In this document: in pieces, positions 35,475-44,782 of the stretch
Layout of the letters: each line of letters opens with the position of its first letter
Numbering within the stretch: position 1 is the stretch's first letter
Assembly (NCBI GenBank): GCA_965232605.1
Contig: CBDDQA010000003.1
Coordinates: forward strand, 164,556 to 228,555
DNA: 64,000 nt
Source of the DNA: an uncultured Candidatus Binatia bacterium
Lineage (GTDB): Bacteria; Desulfobacterota; Binatia; Bin18
Direction of reading: 5' to 3'
Position numbers and translations under genes: made by a program
The notes under the pieces: generated by a model
What the model was told of the DNA's origin: nothing
Seen by the model: the letters and a program-made list of their open reading frames with translations, nothing else
The model's database searches: none

Positions 35475-36560
35475 TCAGGGCCGCACCTCATAATAGGCGT
35501 TGAACGGATTGTCAAAGTCGTGGCGGGTGAAGCGGGTGAACCCGGCGTCGCGCGTCATGCTCCGCGCCACCTGTTCGTTAAAACCCAGGGTCCCCAGGCC
35601 GGCCCCGTCCGGCTCAGATAAGGCCGAGGACATGCAGCCCATCACCGAGAAGGCATACATCAGCCCGGTCATGGGTTTCTTCAGATTTTCCTCAAACGTC
35701 GGGGCGCTCTTGATATCGGCGATCAGCCAGGTTCCATCCGGCTTGAGCGCCGCCCGGATGGCTCGAATGGCTTCCGCCGGACGAGTCATATCATGGATGC
35801 AGTCAAACGTGGTGATGAAGTCAAAACTCGCGTCGGCCGGCAGCCCGTCCTGGACCGCATGGTGAAACCGGAGGTTGGTCAGCCCGGCTTCATCTTTGTT
35901 GGCGTTGGCGCGGGCCAGGGCGTGCCCCGATATGTCATAGCCATGAAAGTCTGCCTGCGGAAAGGCCGCAGCCATTTGCACCAGCGCAATCCCGGCGCCG
36001 CAGCCCACGTCCGCCACCTTTGCGCCGACTTGCAGCCTGGATTCGACCCCGTCCAGGGCCGGTAGCACAATGGGAATCAGCGCGTGCCGATACCACGGGG
36101 CAAAGACCCGCTCGATGCCCCGTGCGCCTTCCGGTCCACGCGCGTCGTAGGGCAGCCCCAGGCCGGTCCGAAATGCCTCGGGCAGTTTTTCCAATATGGC
36201 CATGCGTTGTGGAAAATCGCTGAAAATACCGGCGGCAAACTTGGGACTGTCCTCGTCCGCAAGAATCATGGCCATTTCTGGCGAGAGGGAAAAGCGGTCC
36301 TCCCCCGCATACTCAAGCAACTGGGCCGCGGCCTGCCCCCTCAGCCACTCCCGCACCCAGCGTTCGCTCAAGCCCGTTTTTTCGGCAAGACCCTCGCTGG
36401 TCACCGGCCCGGCACCGTGCAACGCCCGGTACAGTCCGAGCCGGTCGCCCAGATGGATCATGGCCGAGATTAAGGCGCCGCTCAGCAGGCCAAAGACTTT
36501 TTGGCCACCGGCCTTGAGTTTGTCCGGGTCTATCTGCTCGCGTGACTGCTGTGTTGACAT
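35475..36560 (-). CDS. Class I SAM-dependent methyltransferase with N-terminal wHTH (Rv2258c-like)
   Basis: LGDRLGLY, ERWVREWL, VADVGCGAG, FDCIHD and GAGLGTLG motifs. Confidence 0.88.
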   Translation of the reverse strand: MSTQQSREQIDPDKLKAGGQKVFGLLSGALISAMIHLGDRLGLYRALHGAGPVTSEGLAEKTGLSERWVREWLRGQAAAQLLEYAGEDRFSLSPEMAMILADEDSPKFAAGIFSDFPQRMAILEKLPEAFRTGLGLPYDARGPEGARGIERVFAPWYRHALIPIVLPALDGVESRLQVGAKVADVGCGAGIALVQMAAAFPQADFHGYDISGHALARANANKDEAGLTNLRFHHAVQDGLPADASFDFITTFDCIHDMTRPAEAIRAIRAALKPDGTWLIADIKSAPTFEENLKKPMTGLMYAFSVMGCMSSALSEPDGAGLGTLGFNEQVARSMTRDAGFTRFTRHDFDNPFNAYYEVRP

Positions 36561-36591
36561 ATGCTCAGGTTCTCCAGCCTTCATAAATCAT

Positions 36592-36694
36592 ATCCCCTCC
36601 TCGGAGGGGTGGCGCGGAGCGCCGGGGTGGGTGCTGCCTCGTGTCCGACTGGAGGAAACTCACCCCGCCTTCGGCACCCCTCCCAAGAGGGGAA
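36592..36694. repeat. Family-A REP-like doublet, opposite arrangement
   Basis: TCCCCTCCTCGGAGGGGTGGCGCGGAGCGCCGGGGTGGG...CACCCCGCCTTCGGCACCCCTCCCAAGAGGGGA. Confidence 0.8.
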
Positions 36695-36728
36695 CGGGAA
36701 AAGCGAAACGGCATATCGAATAACCGGA

Positions 36729-37175
36729 CTACATCCCGCTGATCAGTTCGAGAATAGTGCCGTCCGGGTCCTTGAAGCAGACGACCCCAATCTCCGCGCC
36801 GCCGGGTCCGTCGATTTTTTTGAGCGGGGCTAAGAATTCAACCTGCATTTCCTGAAGGTCGGCATAGGTCTGGTCGATATCGTCCACGTCGAAGGCAATA
36901 CGACAGATCCCGATATTATTGAGGGACGGGTAAGGTTGGCCTTGTGGTGGCGGATCGATGAACTGGACCAGGTCCAGGACCGGAGCGTTCTCATCGTCTC
37001 CGAGACGCATGAATACGCCACGCAGCTTGCGGGCATCGAGGCCGAGCGCCTCACCGACCGTCGGGTCTTCGAGCGTAAAGTCGTTGACCTTGTTGAACCC
37101 GAGTCGTTCATAAAAACTGATGGACCGCTCCATATCGCTTACACAGACGTTGACGTGAAATAAACGAGTCAGCAT
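36729..37175 (-). CDS. VOC/glyoxalase family protein
   Basis: HVNVCVSDMERSISFY, RIAFDVDD and FKDPDGTILEL motifs; AAGGAGG RBS. Confidence 0.9.
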   Translation of the reverse strand: MLTRLFHVNVCVSDMERSISFYERLGFNKVNDFTLEDPTVGEALGLDARKLRGVFMRLGDDENAPVLDLVQFIDPPPQGQPYPSLNNIGICRIAFDVDDIDQTYADLQEMQVEFLAPLKKIDGPGGAEIGVVCFKDPDGTILELISGM

Positions 37176-37209
37176 GTTTGCCTCCTTTGTTTGGGTCCTT
37201 TGGGTCACT

Positions 37210-37328
37210 GTAGGTCGGATTAGCGTAGCGTAATCCGACAACGCAAGGGGTTCATTCAGTGGGAGGCCGGGGCGCGCTCGTGGCACGAAGCCCCCTCACC
37301 CCGGCCCTCTCCCTCAAGGGGAGAGGGA
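37210..37328. repeat. GTAG REP (GTAGGTCGGATTAGCGTAGCGTAATCCGAC) plus a Family-B hairpin
   Basis: Hairpin GTCGGATTA...TAATCCGAC; related inverted copy near 47534-47564; CCCTCTCCCTCAAGGGGAGAGGG at 37305-37327. Confidence 0.75.
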
Positions 37329-37340
37329 GTTAGGAGAAGA

Positions 37341-39032
37341 TTAGACTTGACCCGAACGCAGCACCTGGCCCGGCATGGCACCCGTATGTTTGCCATCGTC
37401 GAACAGCACTTCTCCGTTCACGATCGTGTACTGCACGCCCTGGGCCGGCATGACCAGGCGCCGTCCGCCACCGGGCAGGTCGGCCCGCATTTCGCCACGG
37501 CGGGCCGAGCCAACCGTGTTGTAGTCAAAAATCGCAAAGTCAGCCGCCAGGCCTGTTTCGATCTTGCCCCGGGTGGTCATCCCGTAGAACGCGGCCGGCT
37601 CGGAAGTAATCCGCTTGACCGCATGCTCAAGCGTCATGACCTGTCTGTCCCGCACCCAGGTGCCGAGCAGATAGGTGCAGTAGCCGGCGTCACACAGCAT
37701 ATCCACATGGGCTCCGCCGTCGGACAGACCGACCATGACCTGATCATGCGTAATCAGCTCAGGAATGCGGTCTTCGTCGGCGTTGAACAGCTCATAAGTG
37801 TACTGGAGTTGCAGGTCGTCTTCGATGCACAGGTCCAGGAAGGTATCGAGCCCGTCTTTGCCGCGCTCTCTGGCAATCTCGGCCACGCTCTTGCCAATCA
37901 GGGACTGCATGGCGGGATTACCCACCTCATGGATGATCGCGCGTTCCCATTTGCCTGAGAACACCTTGGGCGACTCCATTTCTTTGCGGAATGCGGCCCG
38001 GAAGGACTCATCCCGGTAGAACGCCTGCTGCTTCTCAATCGGCTGGTCAAAGGCCGGCTTCCAACACGGCAGATTGGCAAAGATGAACGGTTTGCGCAGG
38101 TCGATCTGAATAATCAGCGGCCGGCAGGTCACCTGCGGAATGGCGCCCTTCTCGAACAGCGGCTCAATCGTGCGCAGGGTATTCATGGCTGCATCCGGCT
38201 GATCGTCCCGGTTCAGCAGCGCCAGCCAGGTGACCTTGCGGCCACTTTCGGTCAGGAGCATATCCAGTAAGGCGTGCTCGGTTTCGTCAACAATAGAGAC
38301 GTTATTGGTCAGGGCGAGTTCAATGCTGCCCTTGCCGAGTTCCTTGAGGGCGTTGCAGTAGGCCTTGAGTTCGTCCCAACTGGCGTTGCGGCAGGCAATC
38401 GGACGGCCTTTATAGCCAATATGCTGGGCGACATTCGTGGTCGAAAAGCCAAAGGCGCCGGCGGCAACCGCCTCTTTAATCAGGGCCTTGATCTGTACGA
38501 TTTCCTCGGGTGTTGCGCCCCGCTCCATTGACTCTTCGCCCATCACAAAGTGGCGGAACGGCGTCAGCGCGGCCATAAAACCGATGTTAATGCCGCTTCC
38601 GCGCTTTTCGGCCGCATTCATGTATTCGGGGAAGGTGACCCAGTCCCAGGTCACGCCCTTGCCCAGCACGTCAAACGGGATGGCTTCCACGTTGACCAGA
38701 TCCCAGGCCGCGATTTCATGCACCTCGGGTTTGCACGGAGCCAGGCCGACCCCACAATTGCCCATCACCAGACTCGTGACCCCATGCCAGGAAGAGGACG
38801 TGATCAGCGGGTCCCAGCAAATCTGGGCGTCATAATGGGTATGCGGATCAACAAAGCCGGGGGCCACGATCAGGTCGGAGGCATCCACAACCTGCTTGGC
38901 TCCGTCCGAGACTTTACCGCCCTTCTCGATCCGGGCAATTTTTCCGTTGGCTACCGCGATATCGGCCCGGTAGCGTTCCGCACCGGTTCCATCCACCACA
39001 GTTCCGTTTTTGATGACGAGATCGTACGACAT
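37341..39032 (-). CDS. N-acyl-D-amino-acid deacylase family amidohydrolase
   Basis: PGFVDPHTHYDAQ, HGVTSLVMGNCG and SDGGAH motifs. Confidence 0.92.
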   Translation of the reverse strand: MSYDLVIKNGTVVDGTGAERYRADIAVANGKIARIEKGGKVSDGAKQVVDASDLIVAPGFVDPHTHYDAQICWDPLITSSSWHGVTSLVMGNCGVGLAPCKPEVHEIAAWDLVNVEAIPFDVLGKGVTWDWVTFPEYMNAAEKRGSGINIGFMAALTPFRHFVMGEESMERGATPEEIVQIKALIKEAVAAGAFGFSTTNVAQHIGYKGRPIACRNASWDELKAYCNALKELGKGSIELALTNNVSIVDETEHALLDMLLTESGRKVTWLALLNRDDQPDAAMNTLRTIEPLFEKGAIPQVTCRPLIIQIDLRKPFIFANLPCWKPAFDQPIEKQQAFYRDESFRAAFRKEMESPKVFSGKWERAIIHEVGNPAMQSLIGKSVAEIARERGKDGLDTFLDLCIEDDLQLQYTYELFNADEDRIPELITHDQVMVGLSDGGAHVDMLCDAGYCTYLLGTWVRDRQVMTLEHAVKRITSEPAAFYGMTTRGKIETGLAADFAIFDYNTVGSARRGEMRADLPGGGRRLVMPAQGVQYTIVNGEVLFDDGKHTGAMPGQVLRSGQV

Positions 39033-39043
39033 GGCTCCTCCTT

Positions 39044-39127
39044 TGGGGGTTAGGGTGGGGGTCAGGGGCTAGGGGTTAGGGGTTGGATTTGTTCATCCCC
39101 AACCCCTAACCCCCAATCCCCAATCCC
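39044..39127. repeat. Inverted heptamer arrays (GGGGTTA-like / TAACCCC- and CCCCAAT-like)
   Basis: GGGGTTA GGGTG GGGGTCA GGGGCTA GGGGTTA GGGGTTG facing CCCCAA CCCCTAA CCCCCAA TCCCCAA. Confidence 0.8.
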
Positions 39128-39132
39128 TCGTT

Positions 39133-40446
39133 TTAGATTATCCCTTCGTCCTGAAACGCGTCCATTTCTGCCTGGCTCAAGCCGAGCAATTCTTTATAGA
39201 CATATTCATTATCTTCCGCATAGCACGGCGCAGCGCGTTCGGTCGGTCCGCTCTGACTCACCCGACCGTTGGCAAAATGAAACGGAATATCCTTGATCGG
39301 CCAGGTTCCGATCTCGCTGTGCTCCAGGGGGAGCAGCCAGTTCAGGTGTTTGAGCTGCGGGTCGCGTTCGATCCGGTCCTGGGCGGTCTGACACACTCCG
39401 GTAGGAACGCCAGCGGCCTGTAAACGCTCTTGCAGGCCAAAGGGCTCCTGCGCCTGCGTCCAGGCGCTGACCAGACGGTCCAATTCGTCCTGATGCCTGA
39501 CCCGCTCGGCCAGCGAGGCGAACCGCTCCTGGGCCGTCCAGTCGGGGTTGCCCATGAGGCGCGCGAGGGCTTGCCATTCTTCTTCGGACGTGACGGCGAT
39601 GGCAATCCAGCGGTCCTTCTCTCCCTCTTGGCCGGCGCAGGGATAAGCGCCGTGCGGCGCGGCCTGTTTATAGGGCGAACGATTGCCGCTGCGCTGATAG
39701 TGGCGGCCATTGACCGCGTGGTCCAGCACTGCGGTGCCGGTCATGCCAATGCCGGGCTCTACTTGCGAGCAGTCCAGGTACTGGCCCTTGCCCGTCCGTT
39801 TTTTATAGTACAGGGCCATCAGAATGGTCATGGCGCAATAATACGCGCCACTCCAATCCATATACGAAAAGCCCCAGCCGGCCGGAGGATGGGGTGCCGG
39901 CAAGCCCGATTGTTCGGTCAGGCCACTCACGGCCTGGGCAATCGGTCCGTAGGAAGCGTATTTCACGTAGGGACCTTTATAGCCCCAACCGGGCTGCTGC
40001 ATATAGATAATATCCGGCTTGATGGCCTTGAGGGTGTCATAGCCGAGTCCCCATTTCTGCATGGTCTCGGCCGTAAAGGCTTCAACGACCACATCGCTGA
40101 CCGCAACCAGCTTTTTGAACAGCTCGCGGCCCTGGGGCGCTTTCATATTCAGGCTGATTCCGTATTTACCGGCATTGATATCGTTGAAATACCCGCCACG
40201 ATTGACGCTCTGGACCTTGCCGCTATCCAGGCCGGTCAGGTCCATGGCTTCGGCTTTTTCCGCGCGGCCTTTCTTTGAGGCAAACGGCGGCATATAGCGC
40301 AGAAAATCCAGCCGGTCGCGCCATTCAATCCGAATGACCTCCGCCCCCAGGCTGGCCAATAAGCGTGGCCCGCCGGCCCCGGCCAGCAGCCAGGTCAGGT
40401 CGGCAATCCGCACCCCTTCCAAAGGTCTTCTTTTTTTCACGTCCAC
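39133..40446 (-). CDS. CaiB/BaiF (family III) CoA-transferase
   Basis: PLEGVRIADLT, LGAEVIRIE, NAGK, WGLGY, and catalytic-position Asp in SYMDW. Confidence 0.92.
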   Translation of the reverse strand: MDVKKRRPLEGVRIADLTWLLAGAGGPRLLASLGAEVIRIEWRDRLDFLRYMPPFASKKGRAEKAEAMDLTGLDSGKVQSVNRGGYFNDINAGKYGISLNMKAPQGRELFKKLVAVSDVVVEAFTAETMQKWGLGYDTLKAIKPDIIYMQQPGWGYKGPYVKYASYGPIAQAVSGLTEQSGLPAPHPPAGWGFSYMDWSGAYYCAMTILMALYYKKRTGKGQYLDCSQVEPGIGMTGTAVLDHAVNGRHYQRSGNRSPYKQAAPHGAYPCAGQEGEKDRWIAIAVTSEEEWQALARLMGNPDWTAQERFASLAERVRHQDELDRLVSAWTQAQEPFGLQERLQAAGVPTGVCQTAQDRIERDPQLKHLNWLLPLEHSEIGTWPIKDIPFHFANGRVSQSGPTERAAPCYAEDNEYVYKELLGLSQAEMDAFQDEGII

Positions 40447-40447
40447 C

Positions 40448-41695
40448 CTACACGATTCCTTTGTCCCGTAAGTCGGCAAGCTCTTCCGCGCTCAACCCAA
40501 GCTGCTCACACAAGACCTCCCGGTTGTGCTCACCGATGAGCGGCGCCCGCGGGCCTTGTCGCCAGGCGCATTCATTCGGCAGCATGGGTGCGCCCGTATA
40601 GGTGTAGGACTCGCCCAACTCGGGGTGTTCAACCTGAGAAAACGTGGCGCGGGTTTGCCACTGCACATCGTCGGGATTTTCCTCCGGCAGCCGAATGGGC
40701 GACCAGGGAATACCGAGTTCCTGGGCCTCATGCCAGATTTCTTCCATATCAAAATCGGCCACACAGGCGGCCTGGATATCGGCAAAATGCTCGGCAAAGG
40801 CGCGGCCGCGGCGATTCCCGGGGTCTTTATAGTGGTCTTCGTTCAGGTCGCCGGCCTTGCCCTTACCCTCCAGAAACCCGACCAGGGTTTCATAGCCGCC
40901 CGGAAACGGATTGGGCAGGACAATGGAATAGCGCTCATCTTTGGTCGGAAACTGCACCTCAGGTCCAATGGCCGGCTGGGCATGACGGCCGGTCTGGCGG
41001 TAGCACGGCGTCTGGCCATAAATCCAGTGTGGGACATCGATCTCGGTGCAGACGCTGACGGCCTGGTGAATAGGCAGCTCAATCATCTCGCCGACTTCGG
41101 TCATCTCACGCCCAATCAGCGCACCGACAGCGGCAATAAAGGCCTGGTTGCCGGCGATGTGATAGGCCTGCCACATCTGCGGGGCGATGGGCGGGGTGTC
41201 ATAGCTGCCGTCGTCGGTGGGGCTGTAGCCGCAACACATCATTTGCCCGCCCAGGGCCAGATGGACCAGATCGTTGGCCTTATAGTCACGCCACGGACCA
41301 CTGTTGCCAAACGGGGACAGGACCACATAAATCAATCGCGGGTTGAGCGCTTGCAGGGCGTTCCAGTCCAGCCCGAGTTTTTCCAGCCTGCCCGGCGGCT
41401 GGGCATCAATCAGGACGTCAGCTTCTGCAATGAGCTGCTTGAGCAGGTCTGTTCCCGGCGGCGACTCGATATCGAGCGTCATACCGCGCTTGCCGAAATT
41501 ATAGTGCCAGAAATACAGGCTGCGTTCGGGGTGGACCTGGTCGTGATAAAAGGGACCGATCTCACGCGTGGCCTGCCCGCCCGGCGGCTCGATTTTGAGC
41601 ACATCCGCGCCGGCCCCGGCCAGCAGCTTGCCGCAGAACTCTCCCTTTTCATCTGCGAGTTCCAGGACTTTGACATCAAACAGAAATCCATCCAT
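40448..41695 (-). CDS. CaiB/BaiF CoA-transferase, probable non-catalytic partner subunit
   Basis: FCGKLLAGAGADVLKIEPPGG, NFGKR and APLIGEHN motifs; no Asp at the usual catalytic position (WQAYH). Confidence 0.88.
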   Translation of the reverse strand: MDGFLFDVKVLELADEKGEFCGKLLAGAGADVLKIEPPGGQATREIGPFYHDQVHPERSLYFWHYNFGKRGMTLDIESPPGTDLLKQLIAEADVLIDAQPPGRLEKLGLDWNALQALNPRLIYVVLSPFGNSGPWRDYKANDLVHLALGGQMMCCGYSPTDDGSYDTPPIAPQMWQAYHIAGNQAFIAAVGALIGREMTEVGEMIELPIHQAVSVCTEIDVPHWIYGQTPCYRQTGRHAQPAIGPEVQFPTKDERYSIVLPNPFPGGYETLVGFLEGKGKAGDLNEDHYKDPGNRRGRAFAEHFADIQAACVADFDMEEIWHEAQELGIPWSPIRLPEENPDDVQWQTRATFSQVEHPELGESYTYTGAPMLPNECAWRQGPRAPLIGEHNREVLCEQLGLSAEELADLRDKGIV

Positions 41696-41842
41696 ACCAC
41701 TGTCCCCAGGAAGGAGGGCCAATGGCCCTCCCCTCCTTTATTCCCAGGGTTCCCCGGAGTCCCCGTACGGCGCGCTAGCCGCACAGAGGGTGTCAGGAAG
41801 AGGTGGGTCGAGGCACTGGAGTCTGCTGCACCGCATATTATC

Positions 41843-42571
41843 TCAGCTCGTCATCTCTCGTGAGAGCGCAAAATCCTTGCCGCCCTGCGCCGCGACCAGA
41901 GCCGGTGTCTGCTGGGAGTCACTCTCAAGAATCCCCAAGGCGATCGACTTTAGGGGCTCCAGATACTCGTCGAGCTTGGTAAAGCTGCTGAGCGCCCAAT
42001 GCCGCACCGCCCAGGACTGGGCCAGCACCAACAGGCAGTGGGCCTTGAGTCGGACATTTCCGGCCGGAAATGCCCCCTGGGCGACCCCATAGGCAATGAT
42101 CTCCTCGAAAAAATGCTGAATCCGCTCTTCGCCCTCAAGAAAGCGCTTGCGTTCCGTCAGCGTCAGCGACTTTGTTTCCTGATAGGCCAGAACCGTATTG
42201 CGCCGCAGTTCATCGGTCAGCGTGGCGTACTGCTCATAGGCGCGCAGAAACAGGTCGCGCGGACTGGCGCCCTCCCGCTTGAGTCGCTCAAACTCGGTGC
42301 GCTGTTTTTGAAAGCCGGCCTCGGTCCGAACCTGACCGGAAGAGAGCAGAAAAAAGAGCACCTCTTCCTTGCTGGTAAAATAGTTGAAAACCGAGCCCAC
42401 GCTGAGCCCGGCTTTTTGGGCAATCTCACGGACACTGGTGTTGTGATAGCCGTTCTGGAGAAAGAGACTCAGCGCCGCGGCAGCAATGCGTTCCTGGCCT
42501 TCTTGCAACCGCTTTTCGTCGGTCACCTGGGAGGGGGCTTTGCGTTTTTTGCGTAAGACCTGGGATTTCAC
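41843..42571 (-). CDS. TetR/AcrR family transcriptional regulator
   Basis: LFLQNGYHNTSVREIAQKAGLSVGSVFNYFTSKEEV HTH. Confidence 0.93.
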   Translation of the reverse strand: MKSQVLRKKRKAPSQVTDEKRLQEGQERIAAAALSLFLQNGYHNTSVREIAQKAGLSVGSVFNYFTSKEEVLFFLLSSGQVRTEAGFQKQRTEFERLKREGASPRDLFLRAYEQYATLTDELRRNTVLAYQETKSLTLTERKRFLEGEERIQHFFEEIIAYGVAQGAFPAGNVRLKAHCLLVLAQSWAVRHWALSSFTKLDEYLEPLKSIALGILESDSQQTPALVAAQGGKDFALSREMTS

Positions 42572-42611
42572 TATTGAGCGCCTTTCGCCAGGGTCCGGTG
42601 CGCGGCAGAAA

Positions 42612-42630
42612 CTGAGTGAGTGTTCATTCC
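42612..42630. promoter_or_regulatory. Candidate TetR-family operator
   Basis: Imperfect palindrome TGAGTGAGTGTTCATTC between the divergent tetR and hydantoinase A genes; resembles TGAATGA-N4-TCATTCA boxes. Confidence 0.55.
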
Positions 42631-42703
42631 ACGCTCATACGATACGGGCCGGTCTTTTGTCAAGCCGCAAGAAACTCGCTAGAGTTAAGCCCAGGAGCGA
42701 CAC

Positions 42704-44782
42704 ATGAGACTCATTGGGGTTGACGTAGGCGGGACATTCACCGACGCGGTCTGTGCCGACACCCGGACGGACCGCTTGGCCATCCATAAAGTGCCGACCT
42801 CCCCGGGCGACCCTTCTCTGGGGGTCATGCGCGCGATTACCGAGCTGTGCCGCCACCACGCCCTCCCGCTCGACAGTATCGCTCTGATCTACCACGGCAC
42901 CACGATCGCCACCAACGCCCTGCTGGAATATAAAGGCGCGACCGCCGGCCTGATGACCACCCAGGGCTACCGCGATATTCTCCATATCGGGCGCCACCAG
43001 CGGCCCCATCACTACTCCATCCAGCAGGAGATTCCCTGGCAGGACCGTCCCCTGGTCCGCCGCCGCTATCGTAAGGGCGTTCCGGAGCGGCTCATTCCGC
43101 CGCAGGGTGAGGTCCTGGTTCCGCTCGATGAAGCTGCGGTCCGTCAGGCGGCCCGCGAGTTCAAAGCCGCCCGGGTCGAATCGATTGCGGTCTGTTTTTT
43201 GTTCTCGTATCTCAACCCCAGTCATGAAGAGCGCGCCCGTGAGATCATTCTCGAAGAATACCCCGAGGTCTTTGTCACCACCTCAGCCTCCCTCTCCCCC
43301 CAGTTCCGCGAGTTTGAACGGTTTACCACGACCGCCATTAACGCTTTTATCGGCCCCACCGTCCACCGCTATGTTTCGCAGTTGGAGCAGCGCTTACGCA
43401 GCGCCGGGATGGGGGCCGAGCTACGTATCATTCGCTCCAACGGCGGGCTGGCCACACCCCGGGTGGTTGCCCAAAAGCCCGCCCTGACCCTGCTGTCCGG
43501 CCCGGCCGCGGGCGTACTTGGCGGAGCCTGGACCGGCGAGCGGGCGCAGCGCACCCGACTCATTACCTTTGATGTGGGCGGCACCAGCGCCGATATCGGC
43601 GTGGTAACGGACGGGCAATTCAGCGAAGCCACGGCCCGCGATACCTGGATAGCCGGCTATCCGGTCCTGGTCCCGATGATCGACATTCACACCATTGGCG
43701 CTGGCGGCGGCAGCATTGCCCATATTGACCCAGGCGGAGGTTTTCGGGTCGGGCCACACAGCGCCGGCTCCCAGCCGGGCCCGGCGGCCTATGGGCGCGG
43801 AGGAACCCAGCCCACGGTCACGGACGCCAATATCCTCCTGGGTCGGCTGGACACGGATAATTTTCTTGGCGGGGCCATGGCGCTTGATGCCGAAGCCGCC
43901 AGACAGGCCATTCAGGCTTTGGCCGATCCGCTTGGGCTGTCGGAACTGGAAGCGGCCGAAGGGATCGTGACGATTCTCAACAGCAATATGGCCAATGCCA
44001 TCCGCTCGCGCACCATACAGAAAGGCATTGACCCGCGCGCCTACGCGCTGGTCGCCTTTGGCGGGGCCGGTCCGCTCCACGGCGCGGAGGTCGCCCGCCT
44101 GCTGGGCATTCCGGAGTGTATCATTCCCCCCTACCCCGGTATTACCTCGGCCGTTGGCCTGCTTACTACGGATGTCAAATACGATGCGACCCGGACCGCC
44201 TTTCAGGTCTCGACCGCTTTTGATCTGTCTCGGCTCAACACGGCGTTTACGCAGATGCAAAACGAACTGCACCAGCAGTTCAGCGACGACGGTATCGCCC
44301 AGACCGCAGTCACGTTTACGCGTTTTGCCGATGTGCGCTACGTCGGCCAGGGCTATGAGTTGCGGGTCGCCGTGCCCGAGGGTCCACTCGATGCCGTCGC
44401 GCTCGACCGCCTCACCGACCGTTTTCATCGGCAGCACGAGTTGGAGTACGGTCATTTCTTTGGAGACAGCCCGATTGAAATCGTGACCATCCGTCTGGTC
44501 GGAGTTGGCCAGGCGCAGAGAATCCACGCCGCGTCTTCAGCCGGCTCCGGCTCGCTCCAGGCCGCGCTGGTCAAAATTCAGCCGTCGGTGTTTCGGGTTC
44601 AGAACGAGTTGCGTAGTCTGGAGACCGCCTTTTACCGGCGCGAACGGCTTCCGGTCGACGAGGTGGTTGCCGGTCCGGCAGTCATCCTGCAAACAGACTC
44701 GACCACCGTGGTTCCGCCGGATTGTACCTTTCGACTCGACCCCCACGCGAATCTGCTCATTCAGACAGGAGGGGCAGCATGA
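42704..44782 (+). CDS. Hydantoinase/oxoprolinase A subunit (N-methylhydantoinase A-like)
   Basis: DVGGTFTD, HGTTIATN, REFERFTT, SGPAAG, DVGGTS and GAGGGS motifs. Confidence 0.95.
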   Translation: MRLIGVDVGGTFTDAVCADTRTDRLAIHKVPTSPGDPSLGVMRAITELCRHHALPLDSIALIYHGTTIATNALLEYKGATAGLMTTQGYRDILHIGRHQRPHHYSIQQEIPWQDRPLVRRRYRKGVPERLIPPQGEVLVPLDEAAVRQAAREFKAARVESIAVCFLFSYLNPSHEERAREIILEEYPEVFVTTSASLSPQFREFERFTTTAINAFIGPTVHRYVSQLEQRLRSAGMGAELRIIRSNGGLATPRVVAQKPALTLLSGPAAGVLGGAWTGERAQRTRLITFDVGGTSADIGVVTDGQFSEATARDTWIAGYPVLVPMIDIHTIGAGGGSIAHIDPGGGFRVGPHSAGSQPGPAAYGRGGTQPTVTDANILLGRLDTDNFLGGAMALDAEAARQAIQALADPLGLSELEAAEGIVTILNSNMANAIRSRTIQKGIDPRAYALVAFGGAGPLHGAEVARLLGIPECIIPPYPGITSAVGLLTTDVKYDATRTAFQVSTAFDLSRLNTAFTQMQNELHQQFSDDGIAQTAVTFTRFADVRYVGQGYELRVAVPEGPLDAVALDRLTDRFHRQHELEYGHFFGDSPIEIVTIRLVGVGQAQRIHAASSAGSGSLQAALVKIQPSVFRVQNELRSLETAFYRRERLPVDEVVAGPAVILQTDSTTVVPPDCTFRLDPHANLLIQTGGAA

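Noticed and set aside
10797-37328. Recurrent palindromic repeats as a CRISPR array or integron attC sites
   Set aside because: No regular repeat-spacer period, no cas or intI gene, and no RYYYAAC/GTTRRRY boxes were seen; they behave as dispersed REP-like elements.
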